Positions 12,753 to 23,650 of a stretch of DNA of 64,000 nt are shown one piece after another; position 1 is the first letter of the stretch, and each line of letters starts with the position of its first letter. This DNA comes from Dictyostelium discoideum (taxonomy: Eukaryota). The stretch covers positions 96,001-160,000 of the forward strand of contig CM000154.2 of NCBI GenBank assembly GCA_000004695.1. The letters are read 5' to 3'. A program made the position numbers and the translations under genes. Below the pieces are notes generated by a model. The model was not told the origin of the DNA, did not search any database, and worked only from the letters and a program-made list of their open reading frames with translations.

Positions 12753-12881
12753 TTTTTCTTTACAAAAATCAATATAAAAAATATCTAGGTTATTTTTTCA
12801 ATTTATATTTTATTTTTAAAATTAAAAAAATAAAAATTATATTTAGTATTTTTAATAATAATGGCTTGTAATTAGATCTAA

Positions 12882-12919
<38 letters not shown>

Positions 12920-13022
12920 GAATTTTTTATTTTTATTAATTGCAAATAAAGGTAATAATTACTTTTAAATCTATTGCAATTCTTTTAAACTACAACACCC
13001 CCTTTCATTGTATTTTTTTTAT

Positions 13023-13053
<31 letters not shown>

Positions 13054-13481
13054 TGAAATATGAATTAAGTGTGGGTAGAAATTCTAATTTTTAATTATTT
13101 AATTATTTAATTATATAAAAAAAAAAAACAATAATAATAATAAAATTAAAAAAAACAATTAATGTTATTATTTTTTTTTATAATACTAGTATACACATAA
13201 ATAAATAAAACTAAATTTTTAATATTAAATAAATCAAAACAATGAAAAGTGATTTAATATCACCAACACAAACCAATAAGTAATATATTTAATAGGAAAA
13301 AAAAATAAAAAATAAAAAATAAAATCAATAAATACTATACTTATACACTCTTTTTTTTTTTTTTTTTTTTTTAAGATATTTATTTAAAAGAGTTTTATTT
13401 CAAGAATATGAATTCATTATAAAGGATTTTAGAAACAATTCATTTAATGATGAATTTGAAGAAGATAATCAATGTGAAATT

Positions 13482-14242
13482 ATGATTGATGAATTTATGA
13501 CACAGTATGAAAATATACCACAATTAGAAACCACTGAATTAATGGGTGAATATTTAAAAAGTAAAAATTTAAATGGATTAAATATTTTAGATATTGAATC
13601 TGGTAATCAAGGTTTATGTGGCTTATTAGCAAGTAAATGTGGTGCTTCAAATGTTATTTTCACATGTGGTTCACCATCCCCACAACCATCAACAACAATT
13701 AATTCAACAACATCCACCACCACTACTACCAATTACATTGAATCAATAAATGATATTGAAGAATTAATAAAAATTAATGAAACATCATTATCATCAAGAG
13801 TGGTTTCATTTCATTTCGGTTTAGAAAATTTAAATTCATTTTTTAATAAAATTTCAATTCCCTTTGATTTTATACTTTTAAATAATTTGTATGTATTTTT
13901 AATTTATTAAATAAATAAATTAATTAATTAAAAAAAAAGAAGATAATAATAATAATTATTAATATTAATTCTATTGAAAATAGGTTATTAAAGGATGAAT
14001 ATAAATCAATTGAAAAAATATTATTACTTTTTGGTACAATTGCATCAATTTTAATGATTCAAAAATATCATAACCCAAATCATCCAATTTGTAAATGTTT
14101 ATTTAGTATAGATTCAAATTCAATCAATATTCCAATAATAAAAATATTAGACATTGCAAATAGATTTAATTTAAATAATGAATTTATAAATATTGGAAAT
14201 TTTAATGATAATTTTAAATTAATAGAATTTACTTTAAAATAA
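13482..14242 (+). CDS. Class-I SAM-dependent methyltransferase, Methyltransf_16 / METTL21-FAM86-like (exons 13482-13888 and 13984-14242; possible further 5' exon)
   Basis: Motif I/post-I is LNILDIESGNQGLCGLLASKCGASNVIFT and motif II is FDFILLNNL. A canonical GTATGT donor (phase 2) and an aaaatag acceptor join onto LLLKDEYKSIEKILLLFGTIASILMIQKYHNPNHP..., which is track ORF 14054-14242. An in-frame open stretch upstream of 13482 suggests an additional 5' exon. Confidence 0.5.
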
Positions 14243-14291
14243 AATAAAAAAAAATAAAATAGTTGTATAAAAATAATAATAAACTATAGTT

Positions 14292-14831
14292 TTATTTTAA
14301 ATTTGATAAACTACCAATTAATTTATAATAAATAGTTGTACCAGAGTATTCACCTTGATTTGAAACGTGGGATGCAAAGAAAGGGATTGAACCAACTTCA
14401 ACATACCCAATTGATTTATAAAGAGTACGAGTTACTGGATCAGTTGAACTTGTATCTAAAATTAATAATTCTTTACCAATTGATAATGAATATTTTTCAA
14501 TTTCACTTAATAGCAATTTTGCAATTCCTTTTTTTCTATGAGTTGAATGTACAATTAATTTTTGAATTTCACAACGATGTTTTGCATTTGAATATGTATT
14601 ACTCCATGAACTTTGAATTGTTGCAACAATTGAACCTTCAATTAATGTTACTAATAATATTCTAGATTTACTTTTTAATTCATCATTTACTTTATCCCAA
14701 AATTCAATTGCTTTTTCTCTACTTAATGGAAAATTAAATCCAATTGCTGCTTTATTTTCAACACCATCAATTAAAAGATTAACTAATTGTTCTTTAATAC
14801 TATCATTAATTAATTCAATTGATATAATTTC

Positions 14832-14834
<3 letters not shown>
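14292..14834 (-). CDS. GNAT-family N-acetyltransferase
   Basis: The 180-aa product has a GNAT motif A/B region ...CEIQKLIVHSTHRKKGIAKLLLSEIEKYSLSIGKELLILDTSSTDPVTRTLYKSIGYVEVGSIPFF. It is paralogous to 16586-17185. Confidence 0.75.
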
Positions 14835-14862
<28 letters not shown>

Positions 14863-15161
14863 TTGTTTTTTCGAATTTATAAATTATATTATTACAAGCA
14901 AAAGTGATCGTTTTTAAATACACTCCGAATAAAAAAAAATAAAAATAAAAAAATAAAAAAATAAAAAAAAAAAAAAAAATAAAAAAAAATCTAAAGCGAT
15001 CGTGGTAACCAGTGTTTAAAAAAAAAAAAATAAAAATAATAAAAAAAAAAAAATAAAAAAACTTTTACTAAAAATCCCAATGGGAAAATACCACCTAAAA
15101 ATAAGTTTTTAAAAACTTATTTTTAAAAATAAAAAAATATTTATGTACAAATTTTATTATC

Positions 15162-15191
<30 letters not shown>

Positions 15192-15198
<7 letters not shown>

Positions 15199-16022
15199 GG
15201 TTTAGAACCTAATTGAGGTACATCATCATTTGGATTAAAGTTTTCAATATGAGTGTTTGTAACTTTTGTAATTCTTTTCTTTCTTTCTTTCTTAAGTTTA
15301 GTAGATTTAGTTTGACGAGCAGATTCAACAGATTCTACAACTGATAAACCAGCATCTTTCATTTCTTTTTCTAAATCAGCTTCATTTGGTAATTTAATTG
15401 ATTTCCACATGTCTACCAACTCTGAGGATAATGGAACACGAAGACGTTCATCATTTGGAAAGATGATATCACAAGCACTCTCTGCTGCTTTAATTGCAAA
15501 GATTTGTTTTGTCTCTTTGAGTTTCTTTACATCACTCTCTGCATTGTTGTATGATTCTGCCAATTCTGATACTAATATACCACCTGGATAATTTGGTAAG
15601 AGATCCAAGATATCACGTTGAGTACGTACATTGAATTTTGGTTTGAATGAGAAACGATCATTTCCATGGTCAATGATTTTTTCATTATTTCTTAAAAGTT
15701 CCAAAATTTCAGGTTTATCGTCGATCATGTGATTGGTTGAATGCATGATCTCTTTAGTATCTGCTGGTATACCTTCTAATGTTTTCAAATAGTTTACAAT
15801 ATCATAAACAATTCTATTACTTGGTTTCTCTTTAACCTGTTTATCACGTAATGTATTAGCTGTATAGATTGATGATTGTCTATTTGCTGAACTACTACCA
15901 CCACCACCTGATATCTTTGGTATATATTTGAATGCACTATTTGTTGAACTTGATGGCTTTTTGATACTATTTAAAGTTTCAATTGCCTTCATTTGTGTTT
16001 CTTTAAAACCTGCCATATTCAT
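15192..16022 (-). CDS. gtf2e2: General transcription factor TFIIE beta subunit
   Basis: The 276-aa product matches TFIIE-beta winged-helix and C-terminal regions ([86 protein letters not shown]... and a basic [19 protein letters not shown] tail). These are collinear with human GTF2E2 ([49 protein letters not shown]...). Confidence 0.85.
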
Positions 16023-16585
16023 TTTTTAGTTCTATATATATATATAAATTTTATATAATGATTAATCAATATATAAATAATATTAAAAAAAAATTAAAAA
16101 AATAAAAATAAAAAAAAATGATGTTATAAAATTAAAAAAATAAAAATAAAAAAAAATAAAAAAAAAAGTTTATTTGTTTAATTATTATTTGTTTGTTTGC
16201 TAGACAACACAAATTTTAAAAAGTGAGAAAATTTTAAAATTTTTTTTTTTTACCCTATTTTTTTTTTTTTTTTTTTAATTTTATTTTTATTTTATTTTAT
16301 TTTATTTTTAATTTATTTTTAATTAAAATTTTATTTTTATTTTTTTATTTAAATAAAACTTTTTTCTAAAAAATAAAAAAATAAAAAAATAAAAAAACAA
16401 TTTAGTTATGGTAACGAATTATACTATTATGATTTAATTAATTAATTTATTTTAAATTAATTTTTTTTTTTTTTTCAGAATAAGTTTTTTTTTAAAAAAA
16501 AAAAAAAAACAAAAAAAAAAAAATCGGAAACAATGATTCAAACATAAAGCAAAAGTCAAAATTAAACAATAACACTCACTTAAAA

Positions 16586-17180
16586 ATGAATGATAATACT
16601 AAAGATAATAATAATAATAATAATATAGAATTTAAATTAATTAAATCAATTGAAGGTGATATTAAAAAACAATTGGTAGAATTATTAATTACAGGTGTTA
16701 AAGATGGTGATTTAGGATTCACAAATCCATTAAGTGAATTAGAAGCAGAGAAATATTGGGAAAAGGTAGATGGTGATTTAAAAGTTGAAAAAGATTGTAG
16801 ACTATTATTAATTGCAATTTCAAATAATAACAATAATAATAATAGAATAGCAGGTACAGTTCAATTATCATGGGATACCTATTACAACAATTCTTTCCAC
16901 CGTGCTGAAGTTCAAAAATTAATGGTAAATAAAGAATTTAGGGGTATGGGTATTTCAAAGAAATTAATGTCATCAATTGAATCTCATGCAATCTCAATTA
17001 AAAAGAAACTATTACTGCTCGATACTCGTTCAGATCATCCAATTTCACCATCACTCTATAGATCATTAGGTTACACTGAATTTGGTTCAGTACCTTTCTT
17101 TTCATTCGATTCTGATGGTTATACATCAACAACTTATTTTTATAAAGTAATTGATAAGAATTTATTATCAATTGGTTCAA

Positions 17181-17185
<5 letters not shown>
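16586..17185 (+). CDS. GNAT-family N-acetyltransferase (paralog of 14292-14834)
   Basis: The 199-aa product has the same architecture as its paralog (LIKSIEGDIKKQLVELLITGV...RAEVQKLMVNKEFRGMGISKKLMSSIESHAISIKKKLLLLDTRSDHPISPSLYRSLGYTEFGSVPFF) plus an N-rich insert. Confidence 0.75.
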
Positions 17186-17253
<68 letters not shown>

Positions 17254-17385
17254 TTCCAATCATAAAATAAAATAAAATAAAATAAAATAAAATAAAATAA
17301 AATAAAATAAAATAAAAAAATTTAAAATTGTAATGGACCTTATGATTTTATTGTTGTTGTTGTTGTTGTTGTTGTTGTTTTGTTT
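17184..17385. repeat. Compound microsatellite (AAT)n - (AAAAT)n - (GTT)n
   Basis: About 23 AAT units (17184-17251) are followed by about 11 aaaat units (17265-17322) and about 10 gtt units (17353-17385). Confidence 0.9.
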
Positions 17386-17870
17386 ATTTAAATTCATTGT
17401 ATAAACTTAAATTTGATAAATAATTTCTATAGATTTTATTTGAACTATTTAAATGTGATGTATTTCTTCCAAACTCATAATCTCTATCAGCTAATCTGAG
17501 AGCTTCAAGATATTCATTATTATTAGATATTGGTACTGGAAATGGGAAACCATATTGAAACATTACCAAATTACCTAATAAACGAGACATTCTACAATTA
17601 CCATCTTCAAATGGACGAATACTAACAAGTGCATGAGAAAGCCATGCTGCAATTGCATATGGAGATGGTTTAATTAGAGAATTCCTTAATTGATTATATT
17701 TTCCAACTAATTTCTCCATTGATTCTTTAATTAATGAACTTTAGATAAAAACTTTTTGACCTTCAAAAACTTCATATGTTCTATAAGTAATAGGTGTAGC
17801 GATGATATTTTTCAGTAATATTGAGGCCCATTTCATTATATTGTCTACAGTTAGTGATTGATCTTTTTTT
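17384..17870 (-). pseudogene. Fic/Doc (Fido) domain remnant with a degenerate catalytic motif and an in-frame stop
   Basis: The minus frame reads ...TYRTYEVFEGQKVFI*SSLIKESMEKLVGKYNQLRNSLIKPSPYAIAAWLSHALVSIRPFEDGNCRMSRLLGNLVMFQYGFP.... The Fic signature HPFx[DE]GNGRxxR is present as RPFEDGNCRMSR, with H replaced by R and G replaced by C. An in-frame TAA at 17741-17743 sits 8 codons upstream of the only Met. A further TGA lies near 17860. Confidence 0.55.
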
Positions 17871-18375
17871 CAAATATATCTTAGGTTACATAAAAATGTT
17901 TTAAAAGTATTCTTTTTTTCGGATAATGAGAAGGTTTATAAATCAAATTCATCCTCCAAATCATTTTATGTATTTTTAAACGCTATACTAAATCCATATT
18001 AAGAATAAATAAAATTAAATCATTTTTAAAAAAAATAAGAAATAAAACCAAAATATATTTTTTTTTAAAGTTTTTAATTTTCCTCAACAAACTCCCACTT
18101 TTTTTTTTTAAAAAAACAATTCTTTTTTTTTTCTCATTTTTTTGACACCACTGACTCACATGATGTCAATACACCAAAAATAAATGACTACACTAACACT
18201 CAATATTAATATTAATAATAATAAAAAATCAATTTCACAATTTAAAACTAAAATAAATAAATTTTTTTTATTTTTTTTATTTTTTTTTTTTTAATAATCA
18301 AAATAAAAATATAACAAAGAAACCAATAAAAATAATAATAAAAATAAAAATAATAAAAATAAAATTAAAATTAAA

Positions 18376-20400
18376 ATGGTATCAGATAATAATAAAATTT
18401 TAAACCAATTACCAATTGTTATAATAAAGAAAATATTTAGAGAATTAGAACATGAAAAACCTAAACTCTCAGCTAAAACATGGTGTACTCATATGTTAAT
18501 GCATGGTATTCATCATTGTAATTCCACAAGTGTTAATGTTGTAATGTTATCACTAGTATGTAAAGATTGGGCATATCAAATTATACCAAGAATTGAATTA
18601 CCATGGTTCATTTCAAATGAAAAAGAGTATACATTCTTTAAGAGATGGAATGAATTTGGTATACTTTCAAATGGTATTACCAAATATCCTAAAATTTTAT
18701 TTGATCTTGACAGAGTTGAATTAAATTTTCCAGATGATTCTTTCAAGTATCCAACAATACCAATTTTAGAAAATATTAAATTAATTTCAAATTTTACAAT
18801 TGATGAATTAAATAGAATTCAAGAAAATAATAATAATAATAATAATAATATTGATAATAATATAAAATCATTAAAATCATTAAAAATTGAATTAAATAAT
18901 GATATAACCCAATCAGAATTAAATAAACCAAAAAATCAACAAATTAAAACATTATTAAAAAATAATCAACAATTAGAAACAATTGAATTTAAAGGAATTA
19001 GAGATTTTAATATAAAGATTGATTTTAATTTATTAATTAATGATTTCTTAATGAATTGTAATGATGAAAATAGAATAACAACAATAAAATCATTATCAAT
19101 TTCAAATTGTACATTAATAAATTATTCAATAAATAATAACAATAATAATGATGATATTAATAATAATAATAATAATAATAATCAATTATTATTATTGAAA
19201 TCATTAACAACATTAAAATTAATTGGAGTAGAATTTAAAGAAGATGGTAAAAGTTCATTAAGATTGTTGATTTCAGAATTGGAAAATTTAGAATATTTAA
19301 AATTAATAAATAATGATATTACATTTATTGATTCAATAATTGAAAAACTTTATTTTAATAATAAATTAAAGTGTTTAACTATAAAAGAACCAAAAGTAAT
19401 TCAAAATAATATTAATTGTTTAACAATTCAAACATTAATTCAATATAATACTCAATTGGAGAAAATTTCATTACAATTAAAAAAACTTGGTCAATCATAT
19501 CTTGAAAGTCCATCAATAATTAATTCAAATATAAATTATAAAATTTATACTGAAACTTTGGATTTACAAATTAATGGTAGTGAAAAACTTAAAGTTTTAA
19601 AAATTAATTCAAATTTCAATGTTATAATTAATCATTGTCCTTCATTAGAAAGATTATCAATAATTCAACATAGAGATTCAACATTACCATTCCTTTTAAA
19701 TAATATATCATTACCAACTTCACCATTTAAATCTTTACCAAATTTAAATTCTCTAACTTTTATTGGTGCAATTTTCAATTATTCAACAAAAGAATTCTTT
19801 AATGAATTATTTAATAATAATAATAATAATAATAACAACAATAATAAATTAAAAGAAATTGGTATAATTGATATAATAAATCAAGAAAACTGTTTAAATA
19901 ATTTATTAATATCAAGTTTTAATAATAATAATAATTTACAATATTTAAAAGTAAAAGTTAGTAAAAATATTTACATAAAAGATTTATTGAATTTATTAGA
20001 AAATTTGGTTTTAGAAAATTCACCACATTTAAAATCAGTTGAAATTATTATTTCAAGTGATTCTATTTATAGTAAACAAATTAATAAATGTTCAAATTTA
20101 ATTTTTCTTGAATTATTATCTGTACTTTGCTGCTCATCAAACTCAATGATTAAAAAAAATAATAAGAATTCAAATTTAAAATCAATAATATTAGTAAACA
20201 ATAATTATGTAAAAAGGTGTCTATGTAATTCTAGAAATGGTGCAAATGAAAATTGTACTTCTTTTATTGACTCAACAAATTTAATTACTTCATTAAATTC
20301 TTCTATTAATATTTTCTTACCTCAATGTTTAAAACCATTATTTAAACCCTATATAACCTCAATAAATCACTTAAATAATATCTGTTTTGATAGATGGTGA
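18376..20400 (+). CDS. F-box-like / leucine-rich-repeat-like protein with Asn-rich low-complexity inserts
   Basis: The single 674-aa ORF has an N-terminal LPIVIIKKIFRELEH (F-box-like LPxxIIxKIF) motif, followed by repeated L..L..L.N segments. The Cys-rich C-terminus is ...CLCNSRNGANENCTSF. Confidence 0.6.
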   Translation: MVSDNNKILNQLPIVIIKKIFRELEHEKPKLSAKTWCTHMLMHGIHHCNSTSVNVVMLSLVCKDWAYQIIPRIELPWFISNEKEYTFFKRWNEFGILSNGITKYPKILFDLDRVELNFPDDSFKYPTIPILENIKLISNFTIDELNRIQENNNNNNNNIDNNIKSLKSLKIELNNDITQSELNKPKNQQIKTLLKNNQQLETIEFKGIRDFNIKIDFNLLINDFLMNCNDENRITTIKSLSISNCTLINYSINNNNNNDDINNNNNNNNQLLLLKSLTTLKLIGVEFKEDGKSSLRLLISELENLEYLKLINNDITFIDSIIEKLYFNNKLKCLTIKEPKVIQNNINCLTIQTLIQYNTQLEKISLQLKKLGQSYLESPSIINSNINYKIYTETLDLQINGSEKLKVLKINSNFNVIINHCPSLERLSIIQHRDSTLPFLLNNISLPTSPFKSLPNLNSLTFIGAIFNYSTKEFFNELFNNNNNNNNNNNKLKEIGIIDIINQENCLNNLLISSFNNNNNLQYLKVKVSKNIYIKDLLNLLENLVLENSPHLKSVEIIISSDSIYSKQINKCSNLIFLELLSVLCCSSNSMIKKNNKNSNLKSIILVNNNYVKRCLCNSRNGANENCTSFIDSTNLITSLNSSINIFLPQCLKPLFKPYITSINHLNNICFDRW

Positions 20401-20787
20401 TTAAAAAAAAAATAAAAAATTTAATAATAAAAAAAAGATTTTCAAACTAAAGAGGAAAATAGATTTTCTTTTTTTGTTTTTTTTTTTATTGGACTATATC
20501 CTTCTTTTTAATTCTATTACCACAAACAACATTTTTACGCATACTGGGGAATAACCATCAATAAATTTATTTGATTTAGAAATCAATACCGTATAATAAA
20601 TTTTTTTGATTATTTGCAATTAATAAATAATAATTTGTACTTTTAACAATTGAAACTATAAAACTTTCTTTTTAATTGATTTAACTATTTAACTATTTAA
20701 CTATTTAACTATAAAAATTCATCTTTGAAACCAATTAACTACTTTTTCTAAGATTACCATCTTCATCAACTCTAACATCTTTTTTTA

Positions 20788-21348
20788 CTAATATTTGTTT
20801 ATCTTTTTTGATTGGTTGACTCTTTTCTTTGATTTTTCATTTTCATCTTTATCTTCATCATCTGCTGTTGATAATCCAGTTGGTGCTGCCCTTTTTTTAT
20901 TTACAATTGTTGGTTCAGTGGCAGTGGTAGTGGTTGCTTTTTTTGGTCTTCCTCTTGATCTTGGTGGTGCAACTTTTTCTTTTTCTTTTTCTTCTTCTTC
21001 TTTTTCTTCTTCTTTTTCCTCTTCTTCTTGAGAGTGTGATATTTGTGTTTTAAATGTATTGTATAAATTAAAATTTGTTTCTTTTTCTTTTTCTTTTTCT
21101 TTTTCTTTTTCTTTTTCTTTTTCTTTTTCTTTTTCTTTTTCTTTTTCTTTTTCTTTTTCTTTTTCTTCTTTTTCTTTTTCTATCTCTTCTTTTTCTTTCT
21201 CATATCTTTTAATATTTTCAATTCTTTTAATTACCTTTTTGTACATTTTTTTTGAAGCTTCTATTTTATCTTCAATTGGTTCGACCATGCCTAAATCAAA
21301 AAACATTAATTTCTCTTCATGTAACATTAATTTCTCTTCATGTAACAT
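20788..21348 (-). CDS. Acidic KEKE-repeat protein with an AT-hook (PRSRGRPKK)
   Basis: The ORF encodes (EKEK)n from a (ctttt/cttttt)n array, then an AT-hook GRP core and a basic tail. Its 5' end is a 22-bp x3 tandem repeat giving MLHEEKLMLHEEKL. The true start is possibly MFFDLGMVEP... or MVEPIEDK. Confidence 0.4.
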   Translation of the reverse strand: MLHEEKLMLHEEKLMFFDLGMVEPIEDKIEASKKMYKKVIKRIENIKRYEKEKEEIEKEKEEKEKEKEKEKEKEKEKEKEKEKEKEKEKETNFNLYNTFKTQISHSQEEEEKEEEKEEEEKEKEKVAPPRSRGRPKKATTTTATEPTIVNKKRAAPTGLSTADDEDKDENEKSKKRVNQSKKINKY

Positions 21349-21360
21349 TAATTTCTATAT
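21300..21360. repeat. 22-bp tandem repeat (catgtaacattaatttctcttc) x ~2.7
   Basis: Direct repeat copies are visible at the 5' end of ORF 20788-21348, immediately 3' of the kinase-like reading frame. Confidence 0.8.
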
Positions 21361-22631
21361 ATTTGCCAATATGTCTTAAAGATAAATCCAAATGTATATT
21401 TTGATTCTGAAAATTGATCACATGCATTTGATAATTTATTAACAAAAACATCTTTATTATAATCGATAGAGGTAATAGGTTTAAAAAATGGCATCAATAA
21501 ACAATACTCATTATTAAACATTGAAACCAATGTTTTGATACCCCAAATATTCAACCAATTTGTTTGTTCTGTGATAGCACTATCTCGACTTTTATTTTTA
21601 AAAAACTTGATTACAAATGCTTTAGCTTGATTGTTTATTGCTAACCATGCTTTACCCTCAGCACCTGAACCCAAGAGTGAAATTAAATAAATTACTTGGT
21701 AGTCTTCTTCTTTATTGAATTCCTCAATTGTATAAACTATTTAAATGGTATCGCTACCTTTGTCTTTGCATTCATCGCTAAAACTAATTTTACCTAAAGT
21801 TACCCATTTAAAAGAATTTTGATCAAATTTCATAAATGTATGATTTAATAGTAATCTTTGATCAACGTGAGAAAGCATCATCTTTTTAACTACAGTGCAA
21901 AGTGATTTAACCAATACGGATTCACCATTTTCAAAATCATTATATTTTATTACTGGTGATACGTATAAGAATCTCTCAACATCTTGAGTATGAGCATTTT
22001 GAAGTGAAACTAATAATTTTGGATCCAATTGAAGTTTTTCTGGAACTTGAATTTGGTGTAGTAGTATATTTAATTTTGGTATATTCTCCTCTGAAAATAG
22101 TTCAACATTTTCTTCTGAAGCGAGTTTGTTATCTTTCAACAATACGATTCTAGTTATATTGTAGCAGCTTAAAATACCAAAAAGATTTGTTACACCGTGT
22201 ATATTTTAGAGTAAGACCATATAATCAAAGAGTTGATGATATGATTTATTTGAAAAATTATCACATGGTCTTTTCAGTTTTATTACTCCTTTCGGAATAC
22301 CATGGTGAGTGATAATCAAAATATCTTCTTTAAAACTTGTAATTGAAATTTCAGTTTTAATTTTAAGATCTTCTTCAAGACCACATAATGCCAAGATATC
22401 TTTTATCAGCAAATTAAAACAAAGCAAAACATTGGCCCCACTTGAAATTTCATCTTGTTTTGAATCCATGCAATTCCATAATTTAGAGATTTTATAATCT
22501 AAATTGCTACAATATGGACTATATAAATTTTTAAATTCACTTTCTTGAATGTTACATTTTGTATGTTTGCTTGAAGCTGATCTATATGCTGATTTACTTA
22601 TTGAAAAGTTTGGTACACCTTTGGTTTTCAT
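21351..22631 (-). pseudogene. Protein-kinase-like reading frame interrupted by two in-frame TAA stops
   Basis: Track ORFs 22206-22631, 21741-22142 and 21348-21674 are all in the same minus frame. The 21- and 22-codon gaps between them are stop-free apart from single TAA codons at 22206-22208 and 21741-21743. The C-terminal segment encodes a kinase subdomain I/II: DYQVIYLISLLGSGAEGKAWLAINNQAKAFVIKFFK (Gly loop plus VAIK-like), then EQTNWLNIWG and LLMPFF (hinge-like). No intron of compatible length or phase explains the stops. Confidence 0.5.
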
Positions 22632-22636
22632 ATCTA

Positions 22637-22640
22637 ATAA

Positions 22641-22723
<83 letters not shown>

Positions 22724-22732
22724 ATATACAAC

Positions 22733-22772
<40 letters not shown>

Positions 22773-22782
22773 TAGTTAGTAT
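22637..22782. repeat. (AAAT)n then (AAT)n microsatellites
   Basis: (aaataaat)n spans 22637-22726 and (aat)n spans 22737-22782. Confidence 0.9.
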
Positions 22783-23149
22783 TAGTTAAAAATTATATTA
22801 ATAATTGACATAAATTTAATATAACCAACTTTCAATAAAACAACAACCGATTCCAATTGATAAAGTTCAAGTTTACCACGAGCCAATTTAAGTTGAACAT
22901 AAGGTTTTATTTTCTTTTCATATTTCTTTTTATCTTCATCTGTGGCATTCTTTAATTTTTCTGAATATTTACTAATTATTTCTTCAATATCTTTATTGTT
23001 CATTTTTAATTTAAACTACATAATATTATATTATTGCATTGAGCAACTGAATAATAAAATTAAAAAAAAAAAACTTTTAAAAAAAAAGTTTTAAAAAAAA
23101 ATATGGCGCCAGATTTCAGAAAACTCAATGACTAAAAATAAAAAATAAT

Positions 23150-23650
23150 AATCCAAATTTAAAATCAATAATATTAGTAAACAATAATTATGTAAAAAAG
23201 TGTCTATGTAATTCTAGAAATGGCACAAATGAAAATTGTACTTCTTTTATTGACTCAACAAATTTTATTACTTCATTAAATTCTTCTATTAATATTTTCT
23301 TACTTCAATGTTTATTATTTAAACCCTATATAACCTCAATAAATCATTTAAATAATATCTGTTTTGATAGATGGTGATTTTTTTTATAAAAAATAAAAAA
23401 TAAAAAAAAAATATAAATAAAAATAGATAGAATTAAAATTATCGAGATTGTGTTAACTTTTTTTTTTTTTTTTTTTTTTTCTAAACACCTTTTTCCCCTC
23501 TATTAATAAATGAATTTAAAAAATAAAAATAAAAATTTAAAAAATAAAAAAAAGATTTTTAACCATAAGAAGGAAATAGATTTTTTTTTTTTTTTTTTAA
23601 TTTTTTTTTTATTGTTTTTTGTTTGTTAGACTAGATCCTTCTTTTTAATT
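23150..23650 (+). repeat. Segmental duplicate of the 3' end plus 3' flank of gene 18376-20400
   Basis: Positions 23160-23380 are about 95% identical to 20170-20400 (...NLKSIILVNNNYVKRCLCNSRNGANENCTSFIDSTN...ICFDRW*), with a 9-bp deletion and a few substitutions. Positions 23560-23650 match the downstream flank 20435-20520 (aaaaaagattt..aaggaaatagatttt..ctagatccttctttttaattc). There is no upstream coding portion. Confidence 0.7.

Noticed and set aside
20795-21379. Plus-strand ORFs 20795-21031 and 21059-21379 (poly-FS)
   Set aside because: They are the antisense of the (GAA/GAG)-rich KEKE repeat of the minus-strand gene. They are pure low-complexity sequence.
22782-23003. 73-aa minus-strand ORF MNNKDIEEIISKYSEKLKNATDEDKKKYEKKIKPYVQLK...
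   Set aside because: It has no recognisable domain and no convincing splice partners. It lies between a microsatellite and the duplicated fragment. It is possibly a real small gene, but support is insufficient.
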